DNA from: Gammaproteobacteria bacterium | Lineage (GTDB): Bacteria > Pseudomonadota > Gammaproteobacteria > Steroidobacterales > Foliamicaceae | Assembly (NCBI GenBank): GCA_009845905.1 | Contig: VXYS01000004.1 | Span: 151,285-215,284 of the forward strand | Length of the DNA: 64,000 nt | Direction of reading: 5' to 3' | Shown here: one piece after another, positions 37,433-47,656 of the stretch | How positions within the stretch are numbered: position 1 is the stretch's first letter | How the letters are laid out: every line of letters starts with the position of its first letter | Made by a program: the position numbers and the translations under genes | Notes under the pieces: model-generated | Seen by the model: the letters and a program-made list of their open reading frames with translations, nothing else | Told to the model about the DNA's origin: nothing | Database searches by the model: none

Positions 37433-38227
37433 TCAACGAGGCGTCAGCCGATCGTCGATATCCTCAAAGCCCGCGCGCAGACCGATGGTCTGTCCGACCT
37501 TGAACTTGATCGGGCGGTGCGTCGTATCCACCCAGAGGTTCGAGTGCGTTTCGTACCCCTCGCCGGTACCGTCCAGCGAACCTTTCTCGTCAAACACGAA
37601 ATGACGAACGGTGATCTCCGATCCGTCGGCGCGGGCAACGCTGAAGTCCCGCACATGATCGATGCTCACGACCACGTCGAATGACCGCATGTCCTGGTTC
37701 AGCACGAACGCCATCCAGCGAAAATCCTGCACGCCCGCCGTATCGGCGTCGTAGCGCCGCGACATCGTGAATTGCGGTATGGCGCCCGGCATCATGTCCA
37801 TCAGACAACCCGACGGGCACTCTCCCTCGTAGGTCACCCGTTCGCCGGACTCGTATGCGACGGACATCGTGGCGGCATCGGCGTCTCTCGTCAGAGTCAC
37901 CTCGAACGCGCGCCCGTCGGCATGCTTTCCCCAGCCCGCTGCGCCTGTGGCCTCTTCTTTGGCGTCATAGTCCCAGCGCGCCGGAATTTCAAAGCTGTTG
38001 TCCGCGGCGGACACCATACTGACGATTGTTCGGCCCCCATCCGCGCGACGAATAACCTGGAATTCTTCGCTGCTGATGTCCTGACCCAGTCGCGACACAT
38101 TCATGACGCCGCTGTCGATCACCTCGTCCCCGGAGGACAACTGGTACAGGCGAGGATCAACGATATCGGCGCACGCGCTGCCCACCACCAACGCGCCGAT
38201 TGCGAGAAATCCGGACAACCCTTTCAC
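37433..38227 (-). CDS. Hypothetical secreted protein
   Basis: GTG 38227 overlaps the upstream stop; signal peptide; typical codon usage; no family recognised. Confidence 0.6.
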   Translation of the reverse strand: MKGLSGFLAIGALVVGSACADIVDPRLYQLSSGDEVIDSGVMNVSRLGQDISSEEFQVIRRADGGRTIVSMVSAADNSFEIPARWDYDAKEEATGAAGWGKHADGRAFEVTLTRDADAATMSVAYESGERVTYEGECPSGCLMDMMPGAIPQFTMSRRYDADTAGVQDFRWMAFVLNQDMRSFDVVVSIDHVRDFSVARADGSEITVRHFVFDEKGSLDGTGEGYETHSNLWVDTTHRPIKFKVGQTIGLRAGFEDIDDRLTPR

Positions 38228-38820
38228 TGGGGCTCCCTGTGCTGGAATCGATAGACAAACGCCGGGGGCACGTTCAGCGCGGCGACTCCCAGACGCGATG
38301 CCTTGAGTCCGAGGCTGTCGAGCGTGCGCCTGCCGACCGGGCAAATGCCCCCATAGGTGAACTGATGAAAGGCGCCGCACTCGCCGAGCAGCGCGAAGGC
38401 CGCCGTCAGCAGCCGGCGCTTTCTGGCCTCCGAAAACAGCAGCAACGGCAGGCCGCTGATGATGTAATCGACCTGGCCCGTCAGGTCCTGCAAATGCTCG
38501 CCCAGCGACAAGGCGTCGCCATGCACGGTGCGGGCGCCGGGGAAGTTCTCCCGGAGGATTTCGACGAATCGCTCGTCACTGTCCACCAGGCACAGGTCCC
38601 CTTCGGATACGCCTGTATTCAGGATGGCCCGGGTCAGTGCGCCCGTTCCCGCTCCCACTTCGACAACGCGCGCGCCGGCCCCACAGCCGCGGGCCATGAG
38701 CCGGCCCAGCGATGCGCCGCTGGGCACCACCGCGCCCACCGAGCGCGGATCGCTGACCAGGCTGCGGAAAAACCCGCCAAGCTGGCCGTTCCCGTTCGGC
38801 AGGGAGCCGTTGTTCGTCAC
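38224..38820 (-). CDS. Phospholipid/ornithine-lipid N-methyltransferase-like (rhizobial PmtA type)
   Basis: PRSVGAVVPS, VVEVGAGTG, ISGLPL and FHQFTY motifs. Confidence 0.75.
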   Translation of the reverse strand: MTNNGSLPNGNGQLGGFFRSLVSDPRSVGAVVPSGASLGRLMARGCGAGARVVEVGAGTGALTRAILNTGVSEGDLCLVDSDERFVEILRENFPGARTVHGDALSLGEHLQDLTGQVDYIISGLPLLLFSEARKRRLLTAAFALLGECGAFHQFTYGGICPVGRRTLDSLGLKASRLGVAALNVPPAFVYRFQHREPQ

Positions 38821-39590
38821 ACCGGATCCTGTTGGAGATACTGCAAGGCGTCGCGCCAGATCCCGACCTCGGGAGTGATCGCGTTAAGGACCGTGAAGGT
38901 CGTGTTGATCGCCTTTTCGCTGACCGCGCATTCGACCAGAACCGAGGCGCTGTCCTCGCGGCAGATCATGAACGGCCCGCCCGGCGGGATGGGTTCCGAT
39001 TGCAGGAGCATGATGCCGTACTCGCCGCCGGGCCTGTCCGAGAGACCGGGCGTGCGCGAAATGGTGTAGTGGATTCCGGAAGCGCGCAGCACAGCCTCGC
39101 CTCTGGCCTTGGCGTCCATCGAGGGAGCAAGTCGCTCGGGCATCCAGCCGGCGGGCGACCGGCCGGCGGACGAAAGCAGAACGAAGCGCTTCACGCCCGT
39201 GCGTATGGCCACCTCCGCCGTATCGGCAACGCCCGTGTGGTAGACGTCGTACAGGTCGCTGACTTCGACCTCGGAGAAAGTCACGCCCACAGCATAGATG
39301 AGAGCATCCACGCCTTCGAGCGCCGGACCCATGGATTCCGGCCTGCGCACGTCGGCGCTGATCCAGGTCACGCCGTCTTGCGGCGGCTGCGCGCCGGCTC
39401 TCCTGGAGATGCCCCGCACGGCATGCCCGCGCGCGAGCAGATCTCCGACAATAAACTTGCCGGTGCGTCCGGTCGCGCCCAGAACGGCGACGGTAAGGGG
39501 GGTTTCGGCGGCGGCGGAAAGCCTGGCGCCCAGCAGGACGGACGAGCCCAGGGCGAGACCGTTGAAGAGGATGGTGCGGCGTGTGGTCAT
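38817..39590 (-). CDS. NAD(P)-binding atypical SDR (NmrA-like) with twin-Arg leader
   Basis: VLGATGRTG Rossmann motif; TRRTILF leader; start ATG 39590. Confidence 0.8.
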   Translation of the reverse strand: MTTRRTILFNGLALGSSVLLGARLSAAAETPLTVAVLGATGRTGKFIVGDLLARGHAVRGISRRAGAQPPQDGVTWISADVRRPESMGPALEGVDALIYAVGVTFSEVEVSDLYDVYHTGVADTAEVAIRTGVKRFVLLSSAGRSPAGWMPERLAPSMDAKARGEAVLRASGIHYTISRTPGLSDRPGGEYGIMLLQSEPIPPGGPFMICREDSASVLVECAVSEKAINTTFTVLNAITPEVGIWRDALQYLQQDPV

Positions 39591-39628
39591 GGCAGTACCC
39601 GCCCCGGTCGGCGGCTCCACTTTCGGTG

Positions 39629-39701
39629 TGGGTCGTGCAGGAATCGAACCTGCGACCTACTGGTTAAAAGCCAGCTGCTCTACCAACTGAGCTAACGACC
39701 C
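39629..39701 (-). tRNA. tRNA-Lys (TTT), CCA not encoded
   Basis: GGGTCGTTAGCTCAGTTGGTAGAGC...CTTTTAA...GGTTCGATTCCTGCACGACCCA; follows cpoB as in other gammaproteobacteria. Confidence 0.96.
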
Positions 39702-39726
39702 GTGGCGCGCAATTGTAGCTGCTGGG

Positions 39727-40554
39727 TCAGCGCGAGCGGGCTTCGATCTGGGCCAGGCGGATGGTCGCGAGGTTGGCGGCGTCGACGCCGGCGAAGTCCT
39801 GGCGCACGCGCTCAAGCGTAGCGGTGGCCGCCTCCGTTTCGCCCAGCTCATCCTGGGTGTATCCGAGCTTGAGCAAGGCGTCCGGGAGCTTGTTGGAATC
39901 CGGGTAATCGGACACGACCCGGGCGAACTCCGCGCCCGCTTCCTGGTACTGGCCCTGCACGTAGAAGGTTTCCCCCAGCCAGTAGCGGGCATTGGCCGCC
40001 AGACCTCCGCCGGGATTGGCATCGAGGTAGCGCATGAACTCGGCCCCGGCCGCCTGGTACTGGGCCTGCCCCAGCAGTTCGCGTGCCTGTTCGTAATTCT
40101 CCTGACTGCCGGCCGCAATCGCAGGCTCAGCGTCTTCCGGAGGTTGAGCACCGGGAACCGCGCCGTCGACCGCGTCCGCGGCGCCGCCCGGGGTCTCCCC
40201 CGTCGCGTCCTGTGGCCCCGCCGGCGCCGGCGTGTATCCGCGGGCCTCCATCGCCGCCAGGCGTTCCTCGAGCGCCGCAAACTGACTGCGCCGCAATTCG
40301 GCGTTGCGCCGCAGGTCCTCATCCAGGCGCTCGACCGCGTCGCGCAGCGCCTGTATCTCGCGCCTGAGCTCATCCTGGGCGTTGATCAGCGCCACAACGT
40401 TGTCGGCGCGGATCTGCTGCTCCAGCACGCCCACCCGGGTCTCCAGTTCCTCCAGCACTTCGCGGTCGCGGCGGCGTTGCGCATCGGCCGGCGCCGCCAG
40501 CACGAAGACGAGAGCCAGCGCTATCGCCATGACGGGCCAGTCAGTTCGTTTCAT
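39727..40554 (-). CDS. cpoB: Tol-Pal coordinator CpoB (YbgF)
   Basis: Coiled coil plus TPR (ARYWLGE, PDALLKLG); position after pal. Confidence 0.92.
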   Translation of the reverse strand: MKRTDWPVMAIALALVFVLAAPADAQRRRDREVLEELETRVGVLEQQIRADNVVALINAQDELRREIQALRDAVERLDEDLRRNAELRRSQFAALEERLAAMEARGYTPAPAGPQDATGETPGGAADAVDGAVPGAQPPEDAEPAIAAGSQENYEQARELLGQAQYQAAGAEFMRYLDANPGGGLAANARYWLGETFYVQGQYQEAGAEFARVVSDYPDSNKLPDALLKLGYTQDELGETEAATATLERVRQDFAGVDAANLATIRLAQIEARSR

Positions 40555-41140
40555 ATACCAACTCCACACGGCGATTCTGCGACCATGCCATCTCGTCGGC
40601 TCCTTCCGCGGCAGGACGCTCCTCGCCGAAACTTACCGCGTTCAATTGTGCACCGGCCGCGCCCAGCGCGGTCAGTGCCTGGGTCACGGCGTTAGCCCGG
40701 CGCGATCCCAGCGCCAGGTTGTATTCGGGCGTTCCGCGTTCGTCCGCGTGTCCCTCGAGCCGCACGGTCTGTCCCTGGTTGGCTGCAAGCCAGGCGCCGT
40801 GGGCCTGGAGAACCTGGCTGTATTCCTCGCGGATCGAGCTTCGGTCATAGTCGAAATAGATCACCAGCGTGCCCTGGGGACCGCCGATCCAGTCTCCGCT
40901 GGCACTGCGCCCGGGCTCGGCGGCGACCGGCGGACCCTCCCGGTTGACGACCGTGCCGCTGGCGATGGCGCCGCTGCCCGCGCCGGCGGCGGTGGCCCCG
41001 CCGGCCGCTGTTGCGTTGTCGGAGCCCACCGGTTCCGGGCCCGGCTCGGGTCCTGCCGCCGTTTCGGAGGTTTCGCAGGCCGCAACAGTAAGCGCGAGCA
41101 GGATCAAAAGGCAGGCATTTTGGGTTGTGAGAGATTTCAT
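40541..41140 (-). CDS. pal: Peptidoglycan-associated lipoprotein
   Basis: Lipobox VAAC; IYFDYD, EGHADERG..EYNLALG.RRA and NRRVE motifs. Confidence 0.96.
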   Translation of the reverse strand: MKSLTTQNACLLILLALTVAACETSETAAGPEPGPEPVGSDNATAAGGATAAGAGSGAIASGTVVNREGPPVAAEPGRSASGDWIGGPQGTLVIYFDYDRSSIREEYSQVLQAHGAWLAANQGQTVRLEGHADERGTPEYNLALGSRRANAVTQALTALGAAGAQLNAVSFGEERPAAEGADEMAWSQNRRVELVYETN

Positions 41141-41176
41141 GGCGTTAATCCTTGATGTTTGGATATCAGTTCTTTT

Positions 41177-41208
41177 CCTGATCGAGGGCGGGACGCCTCT
41201 TTCCCAGG
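41177..41208. repeat. Family A element, short copy abutting the tolB stop
   Basis: Minus strand TGA|CCTGGGAAAGAGGCGTCCCGCCCTCGATCAGG. Confidence 0.75.
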
Positions 41209-42549
41209 TCAGTTTTCATAGGGTCCCCAGGCGGGTTCGCGAAGGATTCCCTCGGGCGCGCGCAGCAGGCGCACTACGCCGCTGTCGATGAAATAGACGC
41301 CCAGCCCCCGGCCGGCGGTCGTGCCCGCGCCGAAGATCAGCGCGCGGCCGTTGGGAGCAAAACTCGGCGACTCGTCCAGCGGGCCGTCGGTAAGCAGGCG
41401 CAGCGACTCGTCACGCAGGTCCATGAGGCCGATCCTGAAGCGCCCGTCCTGCTGGTGCACGACCGCCATCTGGTTCCGGTCCGGCTGCAGCCGCGGCCGC
41501 GCATTGTACGAGCCGGTAAAACTGACCCGTTGCGCCTGGCCGCCCCGCGCCGGCGCGACGTACACCTGCGGGCCGATCCCGCGGTCGGACGTGAAGTACA
41601 CGCGATCGCCGTCAGGGGAAAATTCGGGCTCGGTCTCGGTGGCGGAATGGCGCGTCAGGCGCCGCGGCGAGCCCCCGTCTATCGGGTAGATATAGATGTC
41701 GCTGTTTGCGTTCACGTTCCGGGCCACCGCCAGGAATCTCCCGTCGGGCGACCAGGCGGGAGCGCTGGCGGAGGTCCGGTCCGGCGACAGGGGCCGGCGC
41801 TGGCCGGTCGCGACCTCCTGCACGAAGACCTCGGCGTGGCCGGCTTCGAACGACACGTACGCCAGCCAGGCGCCGTCCGGCGACCAGCTCGGCGACATGA
41901 TGGGATCGGTCGAGCGCAGCACGACGATCGGGTTCTGGCCGTCGGCGTCGGCCACGATCAGCCGGAATTCCTCACGGCCCGGCGTGACCTGAACATAGGC
42001 CAGGCGGGTGGAGAACATTCCGCGCGCGCCGGTCAGCTGCTCGTAGACCAGGTCGGCGATACGGTGGGCCGTGGCGCGGAATGCGTCCCGGGAACTTTGC
42101 AGACGGTAGACGAGGAGCGATTCGCCCGCAAAGACGTCCACCAGCTCGAACTCGACGGTCGGGTTGGCTTCGCTGCCCGACACATGGCCGACGAGCACGG
42201 CCTCGACGTCCATGATGCGCCAGTTGGTCAGGCGCATTTCCGAAAAACGGGTCGGCCGGGTAATCATCGTCTCGCGGCCCATCGGCGCGAACTGTCCGGT
42301 CCGCTCGAGGTCGGCCTCCACGATCTCGGCGAAGTCATACGGCAGCCCCAGCGTCACGCGCCACTCGAAGGGAACGATCGCGATGGGAATGGCGCGCTGC
42401 GTGGAGCGCGTAATGACGATATCGAGCTGCGCGGAGGCCGCGAGCGGCAGGAGCGCGAGGACGGCGAGCCAGAGCGCCTGGGAGGGAGGACGTCTCGTCC
42501 TCCTGGAGGGCGGGGACGCCCTCCCACCCAGGATATAGCGAAGTTTCAT
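41209..42549 (-). CDS. tolB: TolB
   Basis: PIAIVPF, HRIAD.VYE.LTG..G.FSTRLAYV and WD40-like SPSWSPDG repeats. Confidence 0.95.
   Translation of the reverse strand: MKLRYILGGRASPPSRRTRRPPSQALWLAVLALLPLAASAQLDIVITRSTQRAIPIAIVPFEWRVTLGLPYDFAEIVEADLERTGQFAPMGRETMITRPTRFSEMRLTNWRIMDVEAVLVGHVSGSEANPTVEFELVDVFAGESLLVYRLQSSRDAFRATAHRIADLVYEQLTGARGMFSTRLAYVQVTPGREEFRLIVADADGQNPIVVLRSTDPIMSPSWSPDGAWLAYVSFEAGHAEVFVQEVATGQRRPLSPDRTSASAPAWSPDGRFLAVARNVNANSDIYIYPIDGGSPRRLTRHSATETEPEFSPDGDRVYFTSDRGIGPQVYVAPARGGQAQRVSFTGSYNARPRLQPDRNQMAVVHQQDGRFRIGLMDLRDESLRLLTDGPLDESPSFAPNGRALIFGAGTTAGRGLGVYFIDSGVVRLLRAPEGILREPAWGPYEN
42477..42532. repeat. Family A element inside the tolB 5' coding region
   Basis: Terminal inverted repeat CCTGGGAGGGAG/CTCCCACCCAGG with two internal hairpins; read in frame. 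Confidence 0.85.
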
Positions 42550-43568
42550 TCGCCCTGCTCCGTCGGTGGGTAGCGCAGGCGCATTTGTCGCTCGAACAAC
42601 TCCGGTATCGGCGGCTCGGGCAGCGGCGACGATCGGCGAATTGCGGTTTCAATGTATCGGCGATCGGTCTCCGTACCGTTGAATGCCTCAAATCGAATTC
42701 CGTCAACTTCATTGCCGGGCAAGATGTCCAGCAATACAACCCACATCAGGCCCTCCGGGATTCCACCCGGTGGACTCCAGTTGCTTTCGATCCGTTGCCG
42801 GATGCGCGCCTTGTATTCGTCGAGTTGACCGGACTCGATGGCCTCATTTCGCCGTTCCTCCGCCATTTCCCGGCGCATACGCTCAGCCAGCTCGGCCTCC
42901 CGCCTTCTGCGCTCGGTCTCCTCGATCTGGCGCTGCGCCGCCTCGGCCTCCTCGGCCAGCTTGCGGGTCTCCTCCTCGGCGCGCTGCCTCTCCGCTTCAG
43001 CTGCCTGGCGTTCGGCTTCGGCCGTCCGGGCCCGCTCCTCCTCTTCCTGACGCTCGCGTTCGATCCGCTCCAGCCGCTCGGTCTCTTCCTGCTGGCGGCG
43101 CTGCATCTCGCTGAGCTGGCGGCTGGCCTGCGTCTGCTGCTCGCTCAGCTCGCGCCGGGCCTGCTCGGTCTGCGTGCTCAAGGCGCTCAACTCCTGTTCC
43201 TGGCGCCTCTGCCGCTGCTCCTGCTCCTCGATCTGCGCGCGCAGGCGCTCGACCTCCCGTTCGCGCTCGATCACCGCCGCGCGCTCCAGTTCGTCGAGAC
43301 GCTGAATTTCCCTTTGAACCGCCTCGTCGTCCAGCACTACGCCGTCGATGGCGATGGTACCAAAGGCCGGCTCGTCCGGTTGAATCCGGGTGGCAAAGCC
43401 GATCAGCAGGAACGCCATCAGCGCGGCGTGACCTAATACCGACCAGGAGCACGGACGCAGCATGGGAAGCGGTGGCGCGTTGGGATTGGCACCCGGTGAG
43501 CGAATACCCGGGCCGGTCCGCAAGGACCGAGCCACACGCTCAATCAGCGCCTTCAGGCGATCCATCAT
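42546..43568 (-). CDS. tolA: TolA
   Basis: Single TM (HAALMAFLL), long E/R/Q/A helical region, C-terminal I...W..P domain. Confidence 0.88.
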   Translation of the reverse strand: MMDRLKALIERVARSLRTGPGIRSPGANPNAPPLPMLRPCSWSVLGHAALMAFLLIGFATRIQPDEPAFGTIAIDGVVLDDEAVQREIQRLDELERAAVIEREREVERLRAQIEEQEQRQRRQEQELSALSTQTEQARRELSEQQTQASRQLSEMQRRQQEETERLERIERERQEEEERARTAEAERQAAEAERQRAEEETRKLAEEAEAAQRQIEETERRRREAELAERMRREMAEERRNEAIESGQLDEYKARIRQRIESNWSPPGGIPEGLMWVVLLDILPGNEVDGIRFEAFNGTETDRRYIETAIRRSSPLPEPPIPELFERQMRLRYPPTEQGE

Positions 43569-43990
43569 TCCTCCACAGGCAACGGCCGCGTCACGAGTCC
43601 GACCTTGTCCGCGCCCGCTCGCTGAAGCAGGGCCATCACCGTAACCACGTCGCCGTAAGGCAATTCCTCGCTGGCGCGAACCAGCACCGGCGTTTCCGGC
43701 TGGCGTTGCAGAACGGCGGCGGCACGCGCCACCACGACCGGGGATTCCACGGCATCGTCGGGGTCTTCGCCGATATTCAGATACATCCGACCCTCGGCAT
43801 CCACGGTAAGAATGAGCGGCCGGTTGTCGCGTATCAACTCCTGCGGAAGCGGCTCGGTCGCCAGTCGCGGGAGGTCGACGTGAATGCCCTGGGTCAGCAG
43901 TGGCGCGGTGATCATGAAAATCACCAGCAGCACCAGCATGACGTCGATATAGGGAACGACGTTGATTTCATTGACGAGCCGGCGGCGCAT
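43565..43990 (-). CDS. tolR: TolR
   Basis: EINVVPYIDVMLVLLVIFMITAP motif. Confidence 0.96.
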   Translation of the reverse strand: MRRRLVNEINVVPYIDVMLVLLVIFMITAPLLTQGIHVDLPRLATEPLPQELIRDNRPLILTVDAEGRMYLNIGEDPDDAVESPVVVARAAAVLQRQPETPVLVRASEELPYGDVVTVMALLQRAGADKVGLVTRPLPVEE

Positions 43991-44695
43991 CTAGCCTCCT
44001 AACTCGAAATCCGAATGGGCATGTTCGCTCAACAACGTCACGCATTCTTCCCGGTAGGCCTGATAGCGGATCTCCAGGTTGCCCACGCGATAGGCAAAGC
44101 GGTTATACGCGATGACCGCGGGGATCGCGGCGAACAGACCCATGGCCGTTGCGATCAGCGCCTCCGCGATACCCGGCGCCACCAGCGAAATCGTGGCCGA
44201 CTCGACGTTGCCCAGTGCACGGAAGGAATTCATGATGCCCCAGACGGTCCCGAACAGCCCGACATAGGGACTCACCGAGCCGATCGTGGCCAGCCAGGGC
44301 AGGCCGCTTTCCAGACGTTCCAACTCGTTCATCTGCGCCAGTCGCATCTCCCGCCGGCCGACTTCAACCAGGCGCTCGGGATCGGTCTTGCCGCGCGCCG
44401 CCTGGCGATGGAATTCGCGCATCCCGGCCTCGAAAACCCAGGCCATGCCGGTAGTGCTGCGGCTCTTGTTGCGCGATAGCGCCACGAACAGTGACTCCAG
44501 GCTGTCACGCTGCTTGAACGCCTGCTCGAAATCGCTCAAGTCACGCTCGGCCCCGCTCAGGATTACACGCCGTTGCAGGATGATGATCCACGACAGGATG
44601 GAAGCCGCCAGCAGCAGGCCCATGATCAGCTGCACCAGCAGAGTGGCCTGGCTGATCAGTTCCCAGAATCCCATGTTTACGCCGACTTCACCCAC
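43991..44695 (-). CDS. tolQ: TolQ
   Basis: LATIGSVSPYVGLFGTVWGIM and PGIAEALIATAMGL motifs. Confidence 0.96.
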   Translation of the reverse strand: MGEVGVNMGFWELISQATLLVQLIMGLLLAASILSWIIILQRRVILSGAERDLSDFEQAFKQRDSLESLFVALSRNKSRSTTGMAWVFEAGMREFHRQAARGKTDPERLVEVGRREMRLAQMNELERLESGLPWLATIGSVSPYVGLFGTVWGIMNSFRALGNVESATISLVAPGIAEALIATAMGLFAAIPAVIAYNRFAYRVGNLEIRYQAYREECVTLLSEHAHSDFELGG

Positions 44696-44727
44696 GTCTT
44701 TGCCTCACCAATTGCATGAACCGTTCC

Positions 44728-45774
44728 TCACGTTTCCAGTCCTTCCAACGGCGGATTATCGCCGTGTTTTCCGGGCCTCTTCAGGCCCAGTGCCGAGTAG
44801 GCGGCGGGGCCCGCCACCCGGCCGCGCGGAGTGCGCAACACGAAGCCCGCGCGCACCAGAAACGGCTCGTAGACGTCCTCGATCGTGCCGCGGTCCTCGC
44901 CTATTCCGGCCGCCAGCGCCTCGACGCCCGCCGGCCCGCCGTTGAAGCGCTCGATCAGCACGCTCAGCAGGCGCCGGTCCATGCGGTCCAGGCCGTTGGC
45001 GTGCACGTTGTACAGCTTCATCGCGGCGGCTGCTGTCCTGCCGCTCACCTTGCCGTCGGCCCGCACTTCGGCATAGTCGCGGGCCCGCCTCAGCAGGCGG
45101 TTGGCCACACGCGGCGTGCCGCGCGCGCGCCCGGCGATTTCCGACGCTCCCTTCGGCGTGCAGGGGATGTCCATGATTCCGGCGGAGCGCAGGACGATGC
45201 GCTGCAGCTCTTCCCTGGAATACAGTTCCAGCCGTTCCTGTATTCCGAAACGGTCGCGCAGCGGCGAGGACAGCAGGCCCGCCCTCGTGGTCGCTCCCAC
45301 CAGCGTGAAGGGCTTGAGCTTCAGCCGCATGGTGTGCGCGGCCGGGCCCTCGCCGATCACGATGTCGAGCCGAAAGTCCTCCATCGCTGGATAGAGCAAT
45401 TCCTGTACGACCGGGTTCAGCCGGTGCACCTCATCCACGAACAGCACGTCGCGGGCCTTCAGATTGGTCAGCAGCGCGGCCAGGTCGCCCGGGCGTTCAA
45501 GCACCGGCCCGGACGTATGCCGCAGGCCGACTCCGAGCTCGCGCGCGATCACCTGCGCCAGGGTCGTCTTGCCCAGGCCCGGCGGACCGTACAGGAGCGT
45601 GTGGTCCATCGCTTCGTCGCGCCTGCCGGCTGCCGTCACGCTGATCTCTATGCGTTCCTTGACCTGGCGCTGGCCGAGAAATTCCGACATCTGCCGCGGA
45701 CGGACGGAGTTCTCCACGTCGCGCTCGTCGGACCGCAACTCGCCCGAGAGAATCCGGTCGTCCTTGTCGTTCAC
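44728..45774 (-). CDS. ruvB: Holliday junction helicase RuvB
   Basis: [20 protein letters not shown] and RGTPR motifs. Confidence 0.97.
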   Translation of the reverse strand: MNDKDDRILSGELRSDERDVENSVRPRQMSEFLGQRQVKERIEISVTAAGRRDEAMDHTLLYGPPGLGKTTLAQVIARELGVGLRHTSGPVLERPGDLAALLTNLKARDVLFVDEVHRLNPVVQELLYPAMEDFRLDIVIGEGPAAHTMRLKLKPFTLVGATTRAGLLSSPLRDRFGIQERLELYSREELQRIVLRSAGIMDIPCTPKGASEIAGRARGTPRVANRLLRRARDYAEVRADGKVSGRTAAAAMKLYNVHANGLDRMDRRLLSVLIERFNGGPAGVEALAAGIGEDRGTIEDVYEPFLVRAGFVLRTPRGRVAGPAAYSALGLKRPGKHGDNPPLEGLET

Positions 45775-46346
45775 GACGCGGCAACCCCTCCGGACAAGGC
45801 CTCGCGCACCAGTTCCTCCACGTCCCGGCCGCCGGGATCGCCGACCTGCTTGAGCATGCGCGCGGCTTCGACCGGCGTATAGCCCAATCCCGTCAGCGCC
45901 TTGAGCGCCAGGTTGGCGGCGCTGGACTCGCCGTGCGCCGGAACCGCTTCCAGCCGGCCGCGCATCTCGACGATAAGACGGCTGGCGGTCTTGGGACCGA
46001 TGCCTGGCAGGCGGGTCAGCGCCTTGACATCGCCGGCCTGGATCTGTTCGGCGAATTCGGCCACGCCGCTTTGCGAGACGATGTTGAGCGCCAGTTTCGG
46101 ACCGATGCCCGGCACGCGGATGAGTTCGCGGAACCAGGCGCGATCGGCCGTTTTCCGGAAACCGTACAGGCTGAGCTCGTCTTCGCGCTGCACCAGTTGC
46201 GTCGAAACCTTCAGCTCCCCGCCCACCGCCGGCAGTTCGGACAGGTCGCTGAGCGGCAGTTGCAGTTCGAAGCCCACGCCGTGCACGTCCAGCAGGATCA
46301 TCGGCGGCTCCACAGCCAGCAGCCTGCCTTTCAGCGAACCGATCAT
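45771..46346 (-). CDS. ruvA: RuvA
   Basis: MIGSLKG, GVGFE, LYGF and PGIGPK motifs. Start moved to ATG 46346. Confidence 0.95.
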   Translation of the reverse strand: MIGSLKGRLLAVEPPMILLDVHGVGFELQLPLSDLSELPAVGGELKVSTQLVQREDELSLYGFRKTADRAWFRELIRVPGIGPKLALNIVSQSGVAEFAEQIQAGDVKALTRLPGIGPKTASRLIVEMRGRLEAVPAHGESSAANLALKALTGLGYTPVEAARMLKQVGDPGGRDVEELVREALSGGVAAS

Positions 46347-46876
46347 GAGACGGCTTCTTCCTTCCGGCTGCGGGCGAACTCCGCCGTCTGCGCCATGCGC
46401 CGATGGTGCGCGTGGCAAATTCCCAGCGCCAGACCGTCGGCCTCGTCCTCGGCCAGTTCCTCGTCGTAATCCAGCAATCGCGCCACCATGGCGCTCACCT
46501 GGTCCTTGCCGGCGGCCCCGTAGCCGCACACGGCCTGCTTGACGCGCCGCGGCGAATACTCGGCCGGTTCGGCCACCCCCGCCATGATCAGCGCGCACAG
46601 CGCGGCGCCGCGCGCCTGGCCCAGCTTGAGCGCGCTTTGCGCGTTCTTGTGCATGAAGACGGTCTCGATCGCGGCCTCGTCGATCCTCGTCCGCCGGGCG
46701 ATATCGCCCAGCTCGGTGAAGATCCGGGCCAGGCGCTCCCCCATCGGCTGGCCGCGCGCCAGGGCGATGCAGCCGCTGTCCACGTAGCGGCTTTCGGTGC
46801 CGTCGCTTTCGATGACTCCCCAGCCGGTGAATCGGGAACCGGGATCCACACCCATGATCCGGACCGGGGCGTTCAC
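46343..46876 (-). CDS. ruvC: RuvC resolvase
   Basis: GVDPGS..TGWG, AIETVF, KLGQARG and DEADGLA motifs. Start GTG 46876. Confidence 0.95.
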   Translation of the reverse strand: MNAPVRIMGVDPGSRFTGWGVIESDGTESRYVDSGCIALARGQPMGERLARIFTELGDIARRTRIDEAAIETVFMHKNAQSALKLGQARGAALCALIMAGVAEPAEYSPRRVKQAVCGYGAAGKDQVSAMVARLLDYDEELAEDEADGLALGICHAHHRRMAQTAEFARSRKEEAVS

Positions 46877-46881
46877 GTCGG

Positions 46882-47619
46882 TCAGTCGCCGCCCACCGGT
46901 TGCAGTTCGGCGTTGGTCCACACGTCCTGCACGTCGTCCAGGTCCTGCAGGTACTCGAGAAGTCTCAGCGCCTGCTCCGAGCGCTTGTTGTCCAGCGGCG
47001 CGTCGACCGACGCGCGCATCGTGACTTCGGCGTTTTCCGGCGGAAGTTCGGCTCCACGCAAGGCTTCCAGCACCGCGGAAAAGTCGCGCGGGTCGGCCAG
47101 CACCTCGATCGTCCCGTCGTCGTCGCTGACCACGTCCTCGGCCCCGCCTTCAATCGCCGCGTCGATGATCGCCGCCTCGTTCGAGTCCGGCGAATAGGTG
47201 AACACGGCTACTTCGCTGAACAGGTAGGCGACGGCGCCGTCGGCGCCCAGGTTGCCGCCGTGCTTGCTGAAACCGTGGCGGACTTCCGCCACCGTGCGGT
47301 TGCGGTTGTCGGTCAGGCAGCGCAGCAGGATCGCCGCGCCGCCGGCGCTGTAGCCCTCGTAGGTGACCTCCTCGAGGTCGGCGCCTTCGCCACCGCTGGT
47401 CCCGCGGCTGATCGCGCGGTTGATATTGTCCTTGGGCAGGCTCTGGGCGCGCGCTTTCTCGATGGCCAGCCTGAGTTGGGCGTTATTGGCGGGGTCCGGT
47501 CCGCCCGTGCGCGCGGCGACGGTGATTTCGCGCGCGAGGCGTGTGAAGAGTTTACCGCGTTTGGCGTCCTGCCGGCTCTTGCGGTGCTGGATATTGGCCC
47601 ACTTTGAGTGCCCCGCCAT
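46882..47619 (-). CDS. yebC: YebC/PmpR family protein
   Basis: MAGHSKWANI, YEGY and TDNRNRT motifs. Confidence 0.97.
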   Translation of the reverse strand: MAGHSKWANIQHRKSRQDAKRGKLFTRLAREITVAARTGGPDPANNAQLRLAIEKARAQSLPKDNINRAISRGTSGGEGADLEEVTYEGYSAGGAAILLRCLTDNRNRTVAEVRHGFSKHGGNLGADGAVAYLFSEVAVFTYSPDSNEAAIIDAAIEGGAEDVVSDDDGTIEVLADPRDFSAVLEALRGAELPPENAEVTMRASVDAPLDNKRSEQALRLLEYLQDLDDVQDVWTNAELQPVGGD

Positions 47620-47637
47620 GGGCTCTCCATGATACCA

Positions 47638-47656
47638 GCACCCTGGACCAGGGTGC
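47638..47656. promoter_or_regulatory. Perfect 9-1-9 palindrome upstream of yebC
   Basis: GCACCCTGG-A-CCAGGGTGC; on the minus strand it sits within TTGGCA-19 nt-TATCAT. Confidence 0.4.

Noticed and set aside
44696-44727. ybgC absent between ruvB and tolQ
   Set aside because: A simple, commonly seen gene loss or relocation; no remnant visible.
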